A stretch of 64,000 bases of DNA from Tubiluchus corallicola (lineage: Eukaryota; Animalia; Priapulida), in assembly GCA_030141605.1 (NCBI GenBank), contig JAQGDQ010000084.1, positions 248,001 through 312,000 on the forward strand, written 5' to 3'. Both the position numbers and the translations under genes were made by a program. Below the pieces are notes generated by a model, which was not told the DNA's origin, made no database searches, and saw only the letters and a list, made by a program, of their open reading frames with translations. Positions 52,280 to 64,000 of the stretch are shown one piece after another. The number at the start of each line of letters is the position of its first letter. Position 1 is the stretch's first letter.

Positions 52280-53199
52280 ATATGTACATGTATTTACGAT
52301 GGAAACATCTTGAAAAAGGATGATATTATAGGCGTTTAACCATCAGACATGGATTGACCTTGAAAATCCTATATTTCGACACTAAAGTTATTATCCGGTC
52401 TGCTCTTATAGCTAAGAAAATAGTTCTTAAAAGCTAGCAACAGCCATATTGTTAGCCATCTTGAAAATTGCAATGGATTGATTTCATAACCAAAATTAAT
52501 CACTTTAACGAGCTCTGGCTGTGCGTATCATGCTTTTGAGTCAAAACGAACGCTTTTCCTCTTTTCTGCTAAACTAAATACCCATTTCTCTTGGTCAAAT
52601 GGCGGCCATCTTTTTCGATGTCATAATTTCTGATGTTCAAATTTAGAGCCTTTCTGGCTCAAATTTCGGCGTATTTTGGATATGTTATTTTTTTAACCAA
52701 ATACTACAAGGAAACACCAAAAACCATTTTCTTGGGTTTCTTATGGTAAGTCAATAAACTGACCGTACTATAAGCAACTGTGTATTATAAAATGTAGACT
52801 GTCATATTTTACTGTTTTTACTGTATCTGACTGTTGTGTTTTGTTTCTCTCGGAAGGCTCGCAAAGAAAACCAGAAAACACTTCGTCAAATTAAACTAGT
52901 TTATTAAGCGAGAATTCTACAATGCAAAAGTATGAAGGAACGCGAAATGTTTACAGTAAACGTGAAGATCAGGAAACGTTTGAGTGTATCTGAAAATACA
53001 TGTATACAAGAGAATGTGTATGTGTACGTCCGTGCGAATCTGCGTGTGTGTGTGTCTCAGCGGCCTGCTTCGCCTTATATCGGGTGCCAGGGAACATTCT
53101 AGACGTTTCTTTCTAGAACATTCTACAAGGTAAGACGATTATTCTAACGGAACATTCTACAATGTTCTATTTAATTCTAATAGATGCCAGCGATCTCCA

Positions 53200-53986
53200 C
53201 AACACTGACCCAACATATCGAATGACCTATGTAGACGACCTTTTTAGCTCTAAGCTGTCTGCGTGTTTATGAGGCCAGCAACGCCTTCACTAGTCACTTA
53301 TTCCGTGATGATATACGTCTTGCACCTTATGATTGCAGTTTTGCAATTAGACATACTAATTGACTTCTGTTCGTATCTAGCTAACTTGCTTGACATGCAT
53401 GGTTATCGATGGTAAAGTGTGCAAACATTGGATTAGTATTTTATTGAACAATTCTCTTCTCAATTACTGAATCGCATTACGAAAGGCTTATTGAAACAAC
53501 TACATTAAACTTACTTTTTAATAGAGGAACTAAATTATTTCGGTATAGAATAGGCGAACAAAATACAGATTGCTGTCATTGTAATAAAGCAACTCCTCAA
53601 ACACCAGAACACGTTATATTTGACTGTGATTTGGTAGACCATCAATTTCGAATGAATATAAGACAAATTCTGCCCTCAGCCAACATAAGCGAGATTTATC
53701 TAAAAAGAGATAAAGATGTGTGCCAGGCATATGTAAATATTGTTAGAGATGTTGTGCGGAAAAAATTGTTACAAAGTAATTCAAATTATATTCACAGAAA
53801 AACAGGTACTGAGTTAATCGTTATATAAGTTATAGTGTAAACTATGTATATATTTTAAATTTATTCTTAATTGGCATTATGTATAATCTTGTCATCGTAA
53901 ATAGTTACATTTTGTAAACGCACCTCTGCAAATAGAGGGGAAACAATGTATTCATTGTTTAATAAAAGACTTATAATAATAATAAT
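53200..53986 (+). mobile_element. 3' end of a non-LTR retrotransposon
   Basis: YVDD remnant near 53225 and zinc knuckle CCHCNKATPQTPEHVIFDC at about 53571-53627. AATAAA is followed by a (TAA)n tail at about 53961-53986. Confidence 0.7.
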
Positions 53987-54122
53987 GAAACGCTTACGAT
54001 TGTCTAGATTATGTATTTACTATTTTACTTCTGACTCTGCGTGGTGATGAAGATGTGAAAGGGCAGCTAAAAGAGCATTTTTCAAGGGAAATATTTTTTG
54101 ATTGTTTCTAAATTCTCTGTGA

Positions 54123-54736
54123 TAAGCCTTTTCACAGTTTCGTTGTGCGCACGCGCAGTTGATGTCGGTCAAAGGTTATGTGTACCACAGCAACGCGTCT
54201 GTACACAGCCGTCACGTGACATGTGGGTAAAACAAATCTGTCTGCCGCATTAGTTCAGTAACTTCAATTGTTTTATGTGGACTTATGTATTTTATCATAT
54301 TAGTAGACAAGAGATATGTTGATCTATTACACTGTAAAGACGTAATTACGTTTTAGTATAACTGAGTCGCTCTTGGTCAAAGTTTAAGTGTACCACAGCA
54401 ACGTGTCTTAACTACAACCGCCACGTGACATGTGTAAAGCAGAGTCGCTTAGCGCATCAGTTCAGTAAGTTCAGTTGTTTTACGTTGGCTTTACTTAATT
54501 ATGCACTAGTCTGTGCATAAAGTAATTTACTAGCAAGATCTTGCCTTGGGAATAAGAAAAAATGAACTAATAATTGGGAAATAAGCTAAAATTTTAGCCA
54601 GCTGTTAAAACTATTACGATCACAATAGCATGGGCTGCGAGGCATTGTCAAGTGTACGCAAATACGTTGTCTGGTACACTTAACCTTTGACCTTTTCACA
54701 ATCGTCATTAATTGTTTGAACTGCGAAAAGGCTTAA
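54123..54736 (+). mobile_element. Family D MITE with internal duplication
   Basis: TAAGCCTTTTCACAG...CTGCGAAAAGGCTTA terminal inverted repeats. Confidence 0.8.
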
Positions 54737-54907
54737 TGTTCAAAGCATATGGACGTACCTTTTAGTCCAACTTTTTCCAGTGCAACCTAAAATTGTTAAA
54801 AAAAATTCTCACAACAAAGGTGAAAAATTCTTTAGTCTTAGTATCCCCAGCTTGATGCTTTTACATGGAAGAAAAATGGATCATTTATATGTGAATTAAC
54901 AGGGTTA

Positions 54908-55260
54908 CCGTATTTATTCGAGTATAGCGCGCAAAATTTTCTACCTAAAAAAAGACGTCAAAGTTTGGGTGCCCGTTATAAATGAGGGCTGGGGGGAGGC
55001 GCAACTGAGGAAATAATCAATAATATTTGCGTCATCAGCAGACTTTGTCAGACGGTGCTACGTCTAGACTGTTTGTCGGACGGTGCCTGGCCCATGGAAA
55101 TCCAGCAGCTAGCCGAGAATTCACTATACCAGAGACGAATGTTAGAGACTGGAGTTGTTCAACAACGTTTGTCACTTGCAATGCTTGGTCTGAGCCGAGA
55201 AATAGTGAAACCGATTTTTAATCGAAATTAGGAGTGCTCGTTATACTCGAATAAATACGG
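54908..55260. mobile_element. Tc1/mariner (pogo-like) MITE
   Basis: Perfect TIR CCGTATTTATTCGAGTATA flanked by TA on both sides. Confidence 0.88.
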
Positions 55261-55395
55261 TACCTAATAATATAATAGCCAGTCTCGTGTCTGTTCTACA
55301 TAACAAAACAACAGAAGCAACAACGACGAGGACGAGGACGAGGACAAGGACGACTACAACGACAACGACAACGACAACGACAATGACAACAGCAA

Positions 55396-55426
<31 letters not shown>

Positions 55427-57085
55427 AGCAACAACAGCTGTCTATTGTGTTGTGTTTGGATTGCATGTTTTTAATGGAGTGACGTTGTACAAAAACTTGT
55501 AAATTTAAACTCCCTCAACGACAGTTAGGCGCAGCCATTTTGACAGTAAATTGTTTCAAAGAAGTTTAGATACCATTTCGTAAATTTTGAAAAAATAATC
55601 AGAGCATTCCTAGCACTCTTCACTAACTAAGAAAAAGTGGAAATGATTTTATCTTCTCAGTAAGATCAACAATGTGTTTTTTGGTGAATCAGTGGTGCAC
55701 ACTGGGATGGTGGTACAGTGACGTTTTACCTGCTGACGGTTTTACCTGCTGCTGAATTTTCTTTTAAAGTTTACATTAAGTTTCAAAACGGGTAGGCGAA
55801 CTGCTAAGTAACTTGCATGAAAATTTTTTACGGCATAATTTAAAATTCTTGTCCTTTAAATCAGGGATTCAAATCAAAAACTCCATACACCAAGTTGAAT
55901 GTTTCTATTTTTCTAACCCATCACTGTTCATAAGAAAATTCATAATTTTTGTTCAAAACATCTTCTAAATACTTGAAAACAAGAAGGACACCGTGTTTTT
56001 TTTCATTTCTAAATGCAATTTTAATGTGAGAACAAAATCGTTCATAAGTCGGCAACTAGCTTTTCCTGATATTCACACAATTATCCTGAATCTCCATTTC
56101 ATGAGGATCATTTTGATACCAAGTTCATCACTCTATGTTATTTCTAAGGTGAGATAATCCATGTTGAAGTTGAGCTGCAGGCTGCGCAGTGAAAAACATA
56201 ATCTTGAGAAAATCGCTGTTAAAGTTCGCCATCGCGTCTCTACAAAACACTTAGCAACCGCACAAAATGTTGGTTGCTATGGACTTTGCAAGAGCAAATT
56301 GAAGTTACGTTTAAATCCAGTAGATGGCTCTTCCTGACCAAGATCTGGTCTTGTCAACAGAAAAAACCTGAAGCAAAATGGGTTCTTCCACGAGCTACAA
56401 CGGGGAGAAAATACAAGTTTTATCCACAGTTGCAGAAAAGTAGGTAAGGAGTTATAAAATTAGATTTTTAGTATTTTTCAGCATTTTCTTGATAATTTGA
56501 TGCCAGAATACAAAACTCCAATATATTTAGCATTTGTTTTCATAAAAAAAATGTAAAAAAAATCGACTTTTAAGCAAATTTTTGGTGCGTTCTACTTTGG
56601 AGCATGATAACATAGTTTTTTAAAAAAACTAGTTATTAAAACTAGTTAGTTAAAACTATGCCGAATTATGGACGGAAGCATTATTGGTTATGTCACAGCA
56701 TCGCTGCAGGTTAGCTAAAGTTTTTTAGCCGCATTGCACAGATTTTCTTTATGAAGCTTAATCAACCAAAACAAGTAATTAGGCTAATCTTCTCGCGGAG
56801 TTATTGTGGACAGCTAGATTAATTAAATCGAGAAATACGGGCAATCTTTGACGGAATGTTCATTTCACTGCCATTTCGACAAACGAAGTAAATTAGCGTA
56901 ATTTTATCCTAGTATTCAATTTGATCAATTTGATCAATTTGATCACGTATGATCAATTTGAAAGCCAGGATAGGATAAATTACTGTTGATTTGCCTCGGG
57001 GGGGGGGAAGCTCATGTACCGCCCTGGACGCCTCAAGCACTTAGGTACCCGTTACTGCATAAAAGATCTAAGAGAGACCCTTTTA

Positions 57086-58031
57086 CATTGAAATATTGGA
57101 TCCGTAAACTGGAAATGTAGAGAAGCCATTGAAATATTGGATCCGTAAAATGTAATTGTAGAGAAGCCATTGAAATATTGGATCCGTAAACTGGAAATGT
57201 ACAGAAGCCATTGAAATATTGGATCCATAACTGGAAATGTAGAGAAGCCATTGAAATATTGGATCCGTAAACTGGAAATGTACAGTGGCCATTGAAAGAT
57301 TGGATCCGTAAACTGGAATTGTAGAGAAGCCATTGAAATATTGGTTCCGTAAACTGGAAATGTACAGAAGCCATTGAAAGTTTGGATCCGTAAACTGGAA
57401 TTGTAGTGAAGCCATTGAAATGTTGGATCCGTAAATTGGAAATCTCGAGAAGCCACTGAAGTATTGGATCCTTAAACTGGAAATGTAGAGAAGCCATTTA
57501 AATATTGGATCCGTAAAGTGGAAATGTAGCGAGAAATCATTGAAATATTGGATCCGTAAACTGGAAATGTAGAGAAGTCCATTGAAATATTGGATCCGTA
57601 AACTGGAAATGTAGAGAAGCCATTGAAAGATTGGATCCGTAAACTGGAATTGTAGTGAAGCCATTGAAATGTTGGATCCGTAAATTGGAAATCTAGAGAA
57701 GCCACTGAAGTATTGGATCCTTAAACTGGAAATGTAGAGAAGCCATTGAAATATTGGATCCGTAAACTGGAAATGTACAGTGGCCATTGAAAGATTGGAT
57801 CCGTAAACTGGAATTGTAGAGAAGCCATTGAAATATTGGTTCCGTAAACTGGAAATGTACAGAAGCCATTGAAAGATTGGATCCGTAAACTGGAATTGTA
57901 GTGAAGCCATTGAAATGTTGGACCCGTAAATTGGAAATCTAGAGAAGCCACTGAAGTATTGGATCCTTAAACTGGAAATGTAGAGAAGCCATTGAAATAT
58001 TGGATCCGTAAAGTGGAAATGTAGAGAAGCC
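57086..58031 (+). repeat. 41-bp minisatellite, about 23 copies, with higher-order variant blocks
   Basis: Unit CATTGAAATATTGGATCCGTAAACTGGAAATGTAGAGAAGC. Confidence 0.96.
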
Positions 58032-58063
58032 TTTAACAATTTTACAAAATCACCTTAAACCAG

Positions 58064-58066
58064 GTG

Positions 58067-58098
<32 letters not shown>

Positions 58099-58204
58099 TG
58101 TGTGTGTGTGTGTGCACGTGTGTGTGTACGTGTGTGTGAATGTACGTGTGCGTGTATGTGTGTGTATGTGTGTGTGTGTGCGTGCGTGCGCGCGCGTGTG
58201 TGTA
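58064..58204. repeat. (TG)n/(TGCG)n microsatellite
   Basis: Read directly. Confidence 0.95.
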
Positions 58205-58739
58205 TATTTATACTACTAACCCTGCAGTTTAAAGACTGCAATTACAACTTTGAAACCTGCATGAAACTTTTGCACGTCAAGAGCAAAACGAAGACCTAAT
58301 CGAGTCTGTAATGGTTATTTACTGCTGTTTGAGTAGAGAGAAAGTTCTTATCGTTCCCATTAGTGCTAGAAAATAAGTATAGAGTAACTGTCCTTGAGTG
58401 TTGTGAGTTAACTAGATTCTCTGTGTTCGCAGCGTGCAGTTTTCCAATTGGCATCATTTAGCTGTAAAGTGACGTTTACCATACCAAACATGGGGGCGTT
58501 ACCATACATCGGGTGCGTTACCATATATCGGGGGACACAGAAAAAAATTGTCAAAGTTTAGGCTGCAATGATGTTAGAAGCAATTAAGTTACAAACTTGA
58601 AGTTTTCTAGCAGAATTTTGCAATACTTTCCCTTTTGGCTCCCAAATTTACTGGTTTATAATTTTAGTAGTTTTTGAGTTACGACCGATAAAATTTTTCC
58701 ATGTTTAAAATTTACACGCCTGTACAATTGCATTTAGAT

Positions 58740-59423
58740 GACAGGAAAAGGGGTACCTGTAGTAGGTTCCAGAAAAATTATATAACTTTACAGCAATTTT
58801 ATGAGCATATCGTACTTGCGTTGAAAGGATTAATACATTGTTTTCATTTTAAATCTTCCGCAATACTGTTCTGACGGCGCCATTACGTGACGTCATATAC
58901 ACACAGCGTAAATCAGAGAAAAAAAGGAAATGATAAATTATGTCCCAAAAATCTTTCCGTGCAAATCATTACTACTTAGCGTTTCGCTTGCCTCCTAGAA
59001 AGACTTATGTAACTAGAAAAGAGAATTGTTAATTATTTAAAATGTTTTCACCAATTGGTAAAATGTCGCTGACTCACCATCTCCAGGGTGCGCCACTCAC
59101 TAACCAAAAACGTATTAAAAACGTATTTTTAATCGTATTTACAAGATACAGCAATCTAACAAAATTTACTCAGTTTGTGACGTGTGCGCTACGAATGCTC
59201 TTATTGTCTTTCAAACTTTACTCAGTGTTATCTAAACTTGTTTCAAACGACTTATCATCAAAATGGCTACGTCTAACGGTCATCGAGCGAGTTTAAATTT
59301 ACAGGTTATATACAGAGATACTACCGATGCAATCCATTGAGGCAAAAAGGCAGTGTGTAAGTAATACAAAATTTTAAATCGAATTTCTTAGCTTTATGTT
59401 TATAGAGATTTTCTTCTGCTTAA
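58740..59423 (+). mobile_element. Family C MITE
   Basis: Homologous to 6985-7644. Ends TTCTTCTGCTTAA. Confidence 0.75.
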
Positions 59424-59662
59424 AGAGAAGATTTATTTACTTCGGTGGAAAAGAGCCACATTGATACATAAAGCACTCACTAGATGGCAGTAAAACAATA
59501 AAAAATCAAACAGTTACGTCATGGTTTTCATTACAATAGATAGCGAACAGATAAAGAATTATTATCATGATGAAAAGTGTGACTGTGAAATTCCCAAAAG
59601 AGATAAAGAACAACAGCCACACAGAGCACTTTGATGTTGAGGAACTGAAGGCAAAAATTGAT

Positions 59663-60141
59663 TGAGCGCTGAGACCAAAGATAATGAGAAGCTGTATCGA
59701 GCGCTGAGACCAAAGACATGAGAAACTGTATCGAGCGCTGAAACCAAAGACATGAGAAACTGTATCGAGCGCTGAGACCAAAGACATGAGGAACTGTATC
59801 GAGCGCTGAGACCAAAGACATGAGAAACTGTATCGAGCGCTGAGACCAAAGACATGAGGAACTGTATCGAGCGCTGAGACCAAAGACATGAGAAACTGTA
59901 TCGAGCGCTGAGACCAAAGACATGAGAAACTGTATCGAGCGCTGAGACCAAAGACATGAGGAACTGTATCGAGCGCTGAGACCAAAGACATGAGAAACTG
60001 TATCGAGCGCTGAAACCAAAGACATGAGAAACTGTATCGAGCGCTGAGACCAAAGACATGAGAAACTGTATCGAGCGCTGAGACCAAAGACATGAGGAAC
60101 TGTATCGAGCGCTGAGACCAAAGACATGAGAAACTGTATCA
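59663..60141 (+). repeat. 34-bp minisatellite, about 14 near-identical copies
   Basis: Unit GAGCGCTGAGACCAAAGACATGAGAAACTGTATC. Confidence 0.96.
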
Positions 60142-60257
60142 GCTGTTAGATGAAACTTTTTTGCTCAGTTTGTATTGAAAGTCGTGGACATATAGAGCCC
60201 TGGCTGGAACAAGAGGAAAGCAAAACATATCGACCTTTAATTTTTTTAACTTCTTTT

Positions 60258-60608
60258 AACAAAAACAACAACAACGACGACGACAACGATGACGACGACA
60301 ACAACAACAACAACAACAACAGCAGCAGCAATGAGCACAACAACAACAACAACAACAACAACAACAGAAAAAGAAACAACAACAACAGCAACCACAACAA
60401 CAGCAGCAACAACAACGATGACGACGACAACGACAACAGCAACAACAGCAGCAGCAACAGCAACCACAACAACAGCAACCACAACAACAACAACGACAAC
60501 AACGATGACGACGACGACGACAACAACAACAACAACAGCAACAACAACAGCAATAATAATAACAACAACAACAACAACAACAATAACAACAACAACGAGA
60601 ACAACAAT
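60258..60608. repeat. (AAC)n-rich compound microsatellite
   Basis: Read directly. Confidence 0.95.
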
Positions 60609-62114
60609 CAGAATTGTCATCAATACTATTTGCTGCTGTCTACTGCTGGTACTGCTGCTGCTGCCTCCGCTCGTACTACAGCTACTTAGCTACTTAGCTT
60701 ACTGTTTCTTGTGATACGTTAGTCAAACAAACGTAATTTGCCATAAAGACATTTGTTGGAAATATTATCTATACACCACAATTACGTAGATACTACCATT
60801 TCATCAAAATTAGCAGCAGCAGTGCTGACACAATTTTAAACACCACTGCTAGCAACCTACATTCGTTTATGTTCATTTGATTTACGGTGGTTAATTTTCA
60901 ATAAGCTGGGTCTTGGAATAACCTTTGAATAATGTTTGCTCGCGGTCTGCCGGTGTCAACTAAGTTAAGCCTGTAATTTATTTTGTAATTGTAATTAATT
61001 CCATGAGAAATTTCATGAGTTTTGTTAATGTGAGAAATAATAAAATGTTTAGAATGCTCTGCCTGATGAAGTGATTCATCAAGTGGTGGTGGTGGCGATG
61101 GTGGTGACGGCGATGGCGACGACGACGGCGGTGGTAGTGGGGATGCTGGTGATGCTGCTCAAACGAAAAAAAAATGAAGCTTGAAAAATTCGTCTTGAAA
61201 TCTTCTATGACCTACGTTGCATACAGAGCTTGCGTAAGCAGTAACGCTGTAAATTTAAACTCCCGCGATGACCGTAAGGCGCAGCCATTTTAAAGGCAAG
61301 TTTTTTGAAACAAGTTTTGATAACATTATGTAAACTCTGAAGAAATAATTAGAGCATGCGTAGTACAGTTTTGCTAATTAAGCAAAAGTTTAAATTACAC
61401 AAGCCTTCCAAACGGTTAATACTAAGTAACGTAACTTTGCATGAAAAGTTGTTCGGGACATGCTTTAAAATTCTTTACACTTCCTCTTTAAACTTGAATG
61501 CAAAGTCAATTGCCGCTGCAGAGTCAACTTTTTCGAACAACCTAGATGAAAACTGCAAGAGGTCTGAAGTGCCCTCAACAAAAAATCGGCCACAATCGGC
61601 TTTGGTGCTTTTGAGATATACGCCATCTTGGATTGCTGCGTGCGCTCGTACATCCAAAATGGCGCATACTGAAACCAGGTCTAAGATCATAAAGCAAGAT
61701 GGCGCATACAGGGTCCAAAAATCAATCAATTATATACCCAATATTTGGCCCCATTAGGCGCCATCTTGGATTTATGCGTGTGCTTGTAAGTCCAAGATGG
61801 CGCCTACTGGAGCAGCAATCAGTTATATAACCGATTGTTCGTCCCAGTAGGCGTCATCTTGGATTTACGTGTATCTCAAAAGCATCAAAGGCGATTTTGT
61901 AAGAACTTGAGACCACGTTCTAGTTACAGAGTCTGAAGAAAAAAGTGTATTCCAACTTGTTCTAGGTCCCCCTTACTAGGAGCCATCTTTACCCACCTGT
62001 ATATTTTAGTAATGACTCACACGTTTCAAATTTCTGACTAATAACTGCAACGTGCCGTCTGGTACTGTAATGTTATTGTAAATAATCTTACACTTAAACA
62101 ATATATATTTTCAA

Positions 62115-62342
62115 AAGCCAAATAGGTAATAATTAAGCAGAGCAGAAAACAAATTGATGCAGTAACTTAAATACTAATTATGTATTTAACAAAAGACAAA
62201 TAGGTAATAAATAAGCAGACCTGAAGAAAAGAAATTGATACAGTAACTTAAGAACTAATTATGTATTTGCAAAAACCAAATAGGTAATAATTAAGCAGAC
62301 CAGTAAACAAATTGATACAGTAACAATTAGCTAAGTATTTGA
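62115..62342 (+). repeat. ~80-bp tandem triplication
   Basis: CAAATAGGTAATAA[T/A]TAAGCAG recurs at about 62119, 62197 and 62277. Confidence 0.8.
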
Positions 62343-62804
62343 AAATAAAGTTACAGGAACTGAACTGCATTGTACATTAAGAGAAGGCTTGTTAGGGTAC
62401 ATAAATAAACTTTCTTTTATTAATAAGTCCCAGTTATTTGTAGCTCTTCTTATAAGTTATTTATTGGGATATTCTCATACTTATCATGGCTGCCCTTGCC
62501 TATATTGATGAACACGTGCCATATAATTAATAATTAAACGCGTGCTACTAATAATCTATACATAAAATGCATGTCCCAATCTTTACAGACAGTCCACCAC
62601 CCAATAGCAATTTATTAATATCGCATCAACGCATCTTGTGACGGCTTCAGGCTAAATTCTCTTATACCTTCAACGAAAAAGCAATAACCCGGTCTAATTA
62701 CATTCTCTAATCTCAATTAATCCGAGCAGGTAATCATTATTGAACTGGAAGACCTCCTTTCTTTGTAAAATCATAATTACTGGATTGACCACGAGTGTGC
62801 ATGA

Positions 62805-63440
<636 letters not shown>

Positions 63441-63607
63441 GGTACAATCACATCAAATAAACAAGCAGATCAACAAGCAAAATAACATTAATTAACAAAT
63501 TAGCTGAAAAATACAAAATACAGGTGAGAGTAACATATGTTCGTATGGCACACAACTCATTCCTGTCAAAAAAATCAAAACAACGTTCTAAAGCCTATAT
63601 AACTTCT

Positions 63608-64000
63608 TTAAAGGAAAGGTCAAGCTTTCCTACGAGGTTGGGCTTATTTCAATGTTCGTGAAAAATGTTAAAAGGTCTAGTAATAATAGTGCAATAAGCG
63701 CCTCGTGTAACGAGTAAAATCACTTTAAAACCGCGATCATGCTTGGACGCTCCTATTTCAATGTCCCGTTTCTTCTTCCAATGACGTCATTCGTTTTGAA
63801 GAAAAGTAGCGCGCTGTCAATCTGCATCAAAAGTATAATACGTTTTTAGGTACGTAGCTAATTTTGTAATATTATTTTCGTGAATATTAGGCAAACCGCA
63901 GCAATTTCAGTTAGTTTAAGCAGCGCGCGCTTACTGGAACTCACGATTCGCTTACGAAAATTCACGAAATCTACCAGTTACGTCATATTTGTCAAATGAA
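63608..64000 (+). mobile_element. Family B MITE running off the window
   Basis: Starts TTAAAGGAAAGGTCAAGC. Homologous to 23585. Confidence 0.8.

Noticed and set aside
57033-58039. 318-aa repetitive ORF and overlapping ORFs
   Set aside because: Several frames are open only because of the 41-bp repeat, whose unit length is not a multiple of three.
59663-60141. 34-bp repeat array as a CRISPR
   Set aside because: Units are contiguous with no unique spacers, there are no cas genes, and the context is eukaryotic. The same applies to the 25-, 41- and 57-bp arrays.

Overview
AT-rich, repeat-dense eukaryotic DNA from an invertebrate animal, probably a protostome (arthropod-like by receptor type; the species cannot be determined). 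Two genes are supported. (1) A four-coding-exon cholecystokinin/sulfakinin-type class A GPCR on the minus strand, exons 32308-31936, 19495-19321, 11265-11069 and 8781-8198, with GT-AG junctions whose phases join into a 442-aa ORF. (2) A plus-strand TTLL4-derived ATP-grasp ligase with an uninterrupted CDS (49812/49833-51515). The ligase is the most unusual item: it has an N-terminal signal-peptide-like segment, keeps the ATP/Mg catalytic residues, has remodelled the residues that bind donor glutamate in TTLL4, and has a decayed copy of its 5' end just upstream. This suggests, by inference, a secretory-pathway peptide ligase with new specificity. The rest of the window is non-autonomous DNA transposons (three TTAA-flanked Kolobok-like families, hAT MITEs with 8-bp TSDs, a TA-flanked Tc1/mariner-type MITE), two solo LTRs with ATAT TSDs, decayed LINEs, tRNA-derived SINEs, minisatellites (25, 34, 40, 41 and ~57 bp units) and microsatellites. 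Protein comparisons are from recalled family motifs, not database searches, and repeat boundaries without clear TSDs are approximate.
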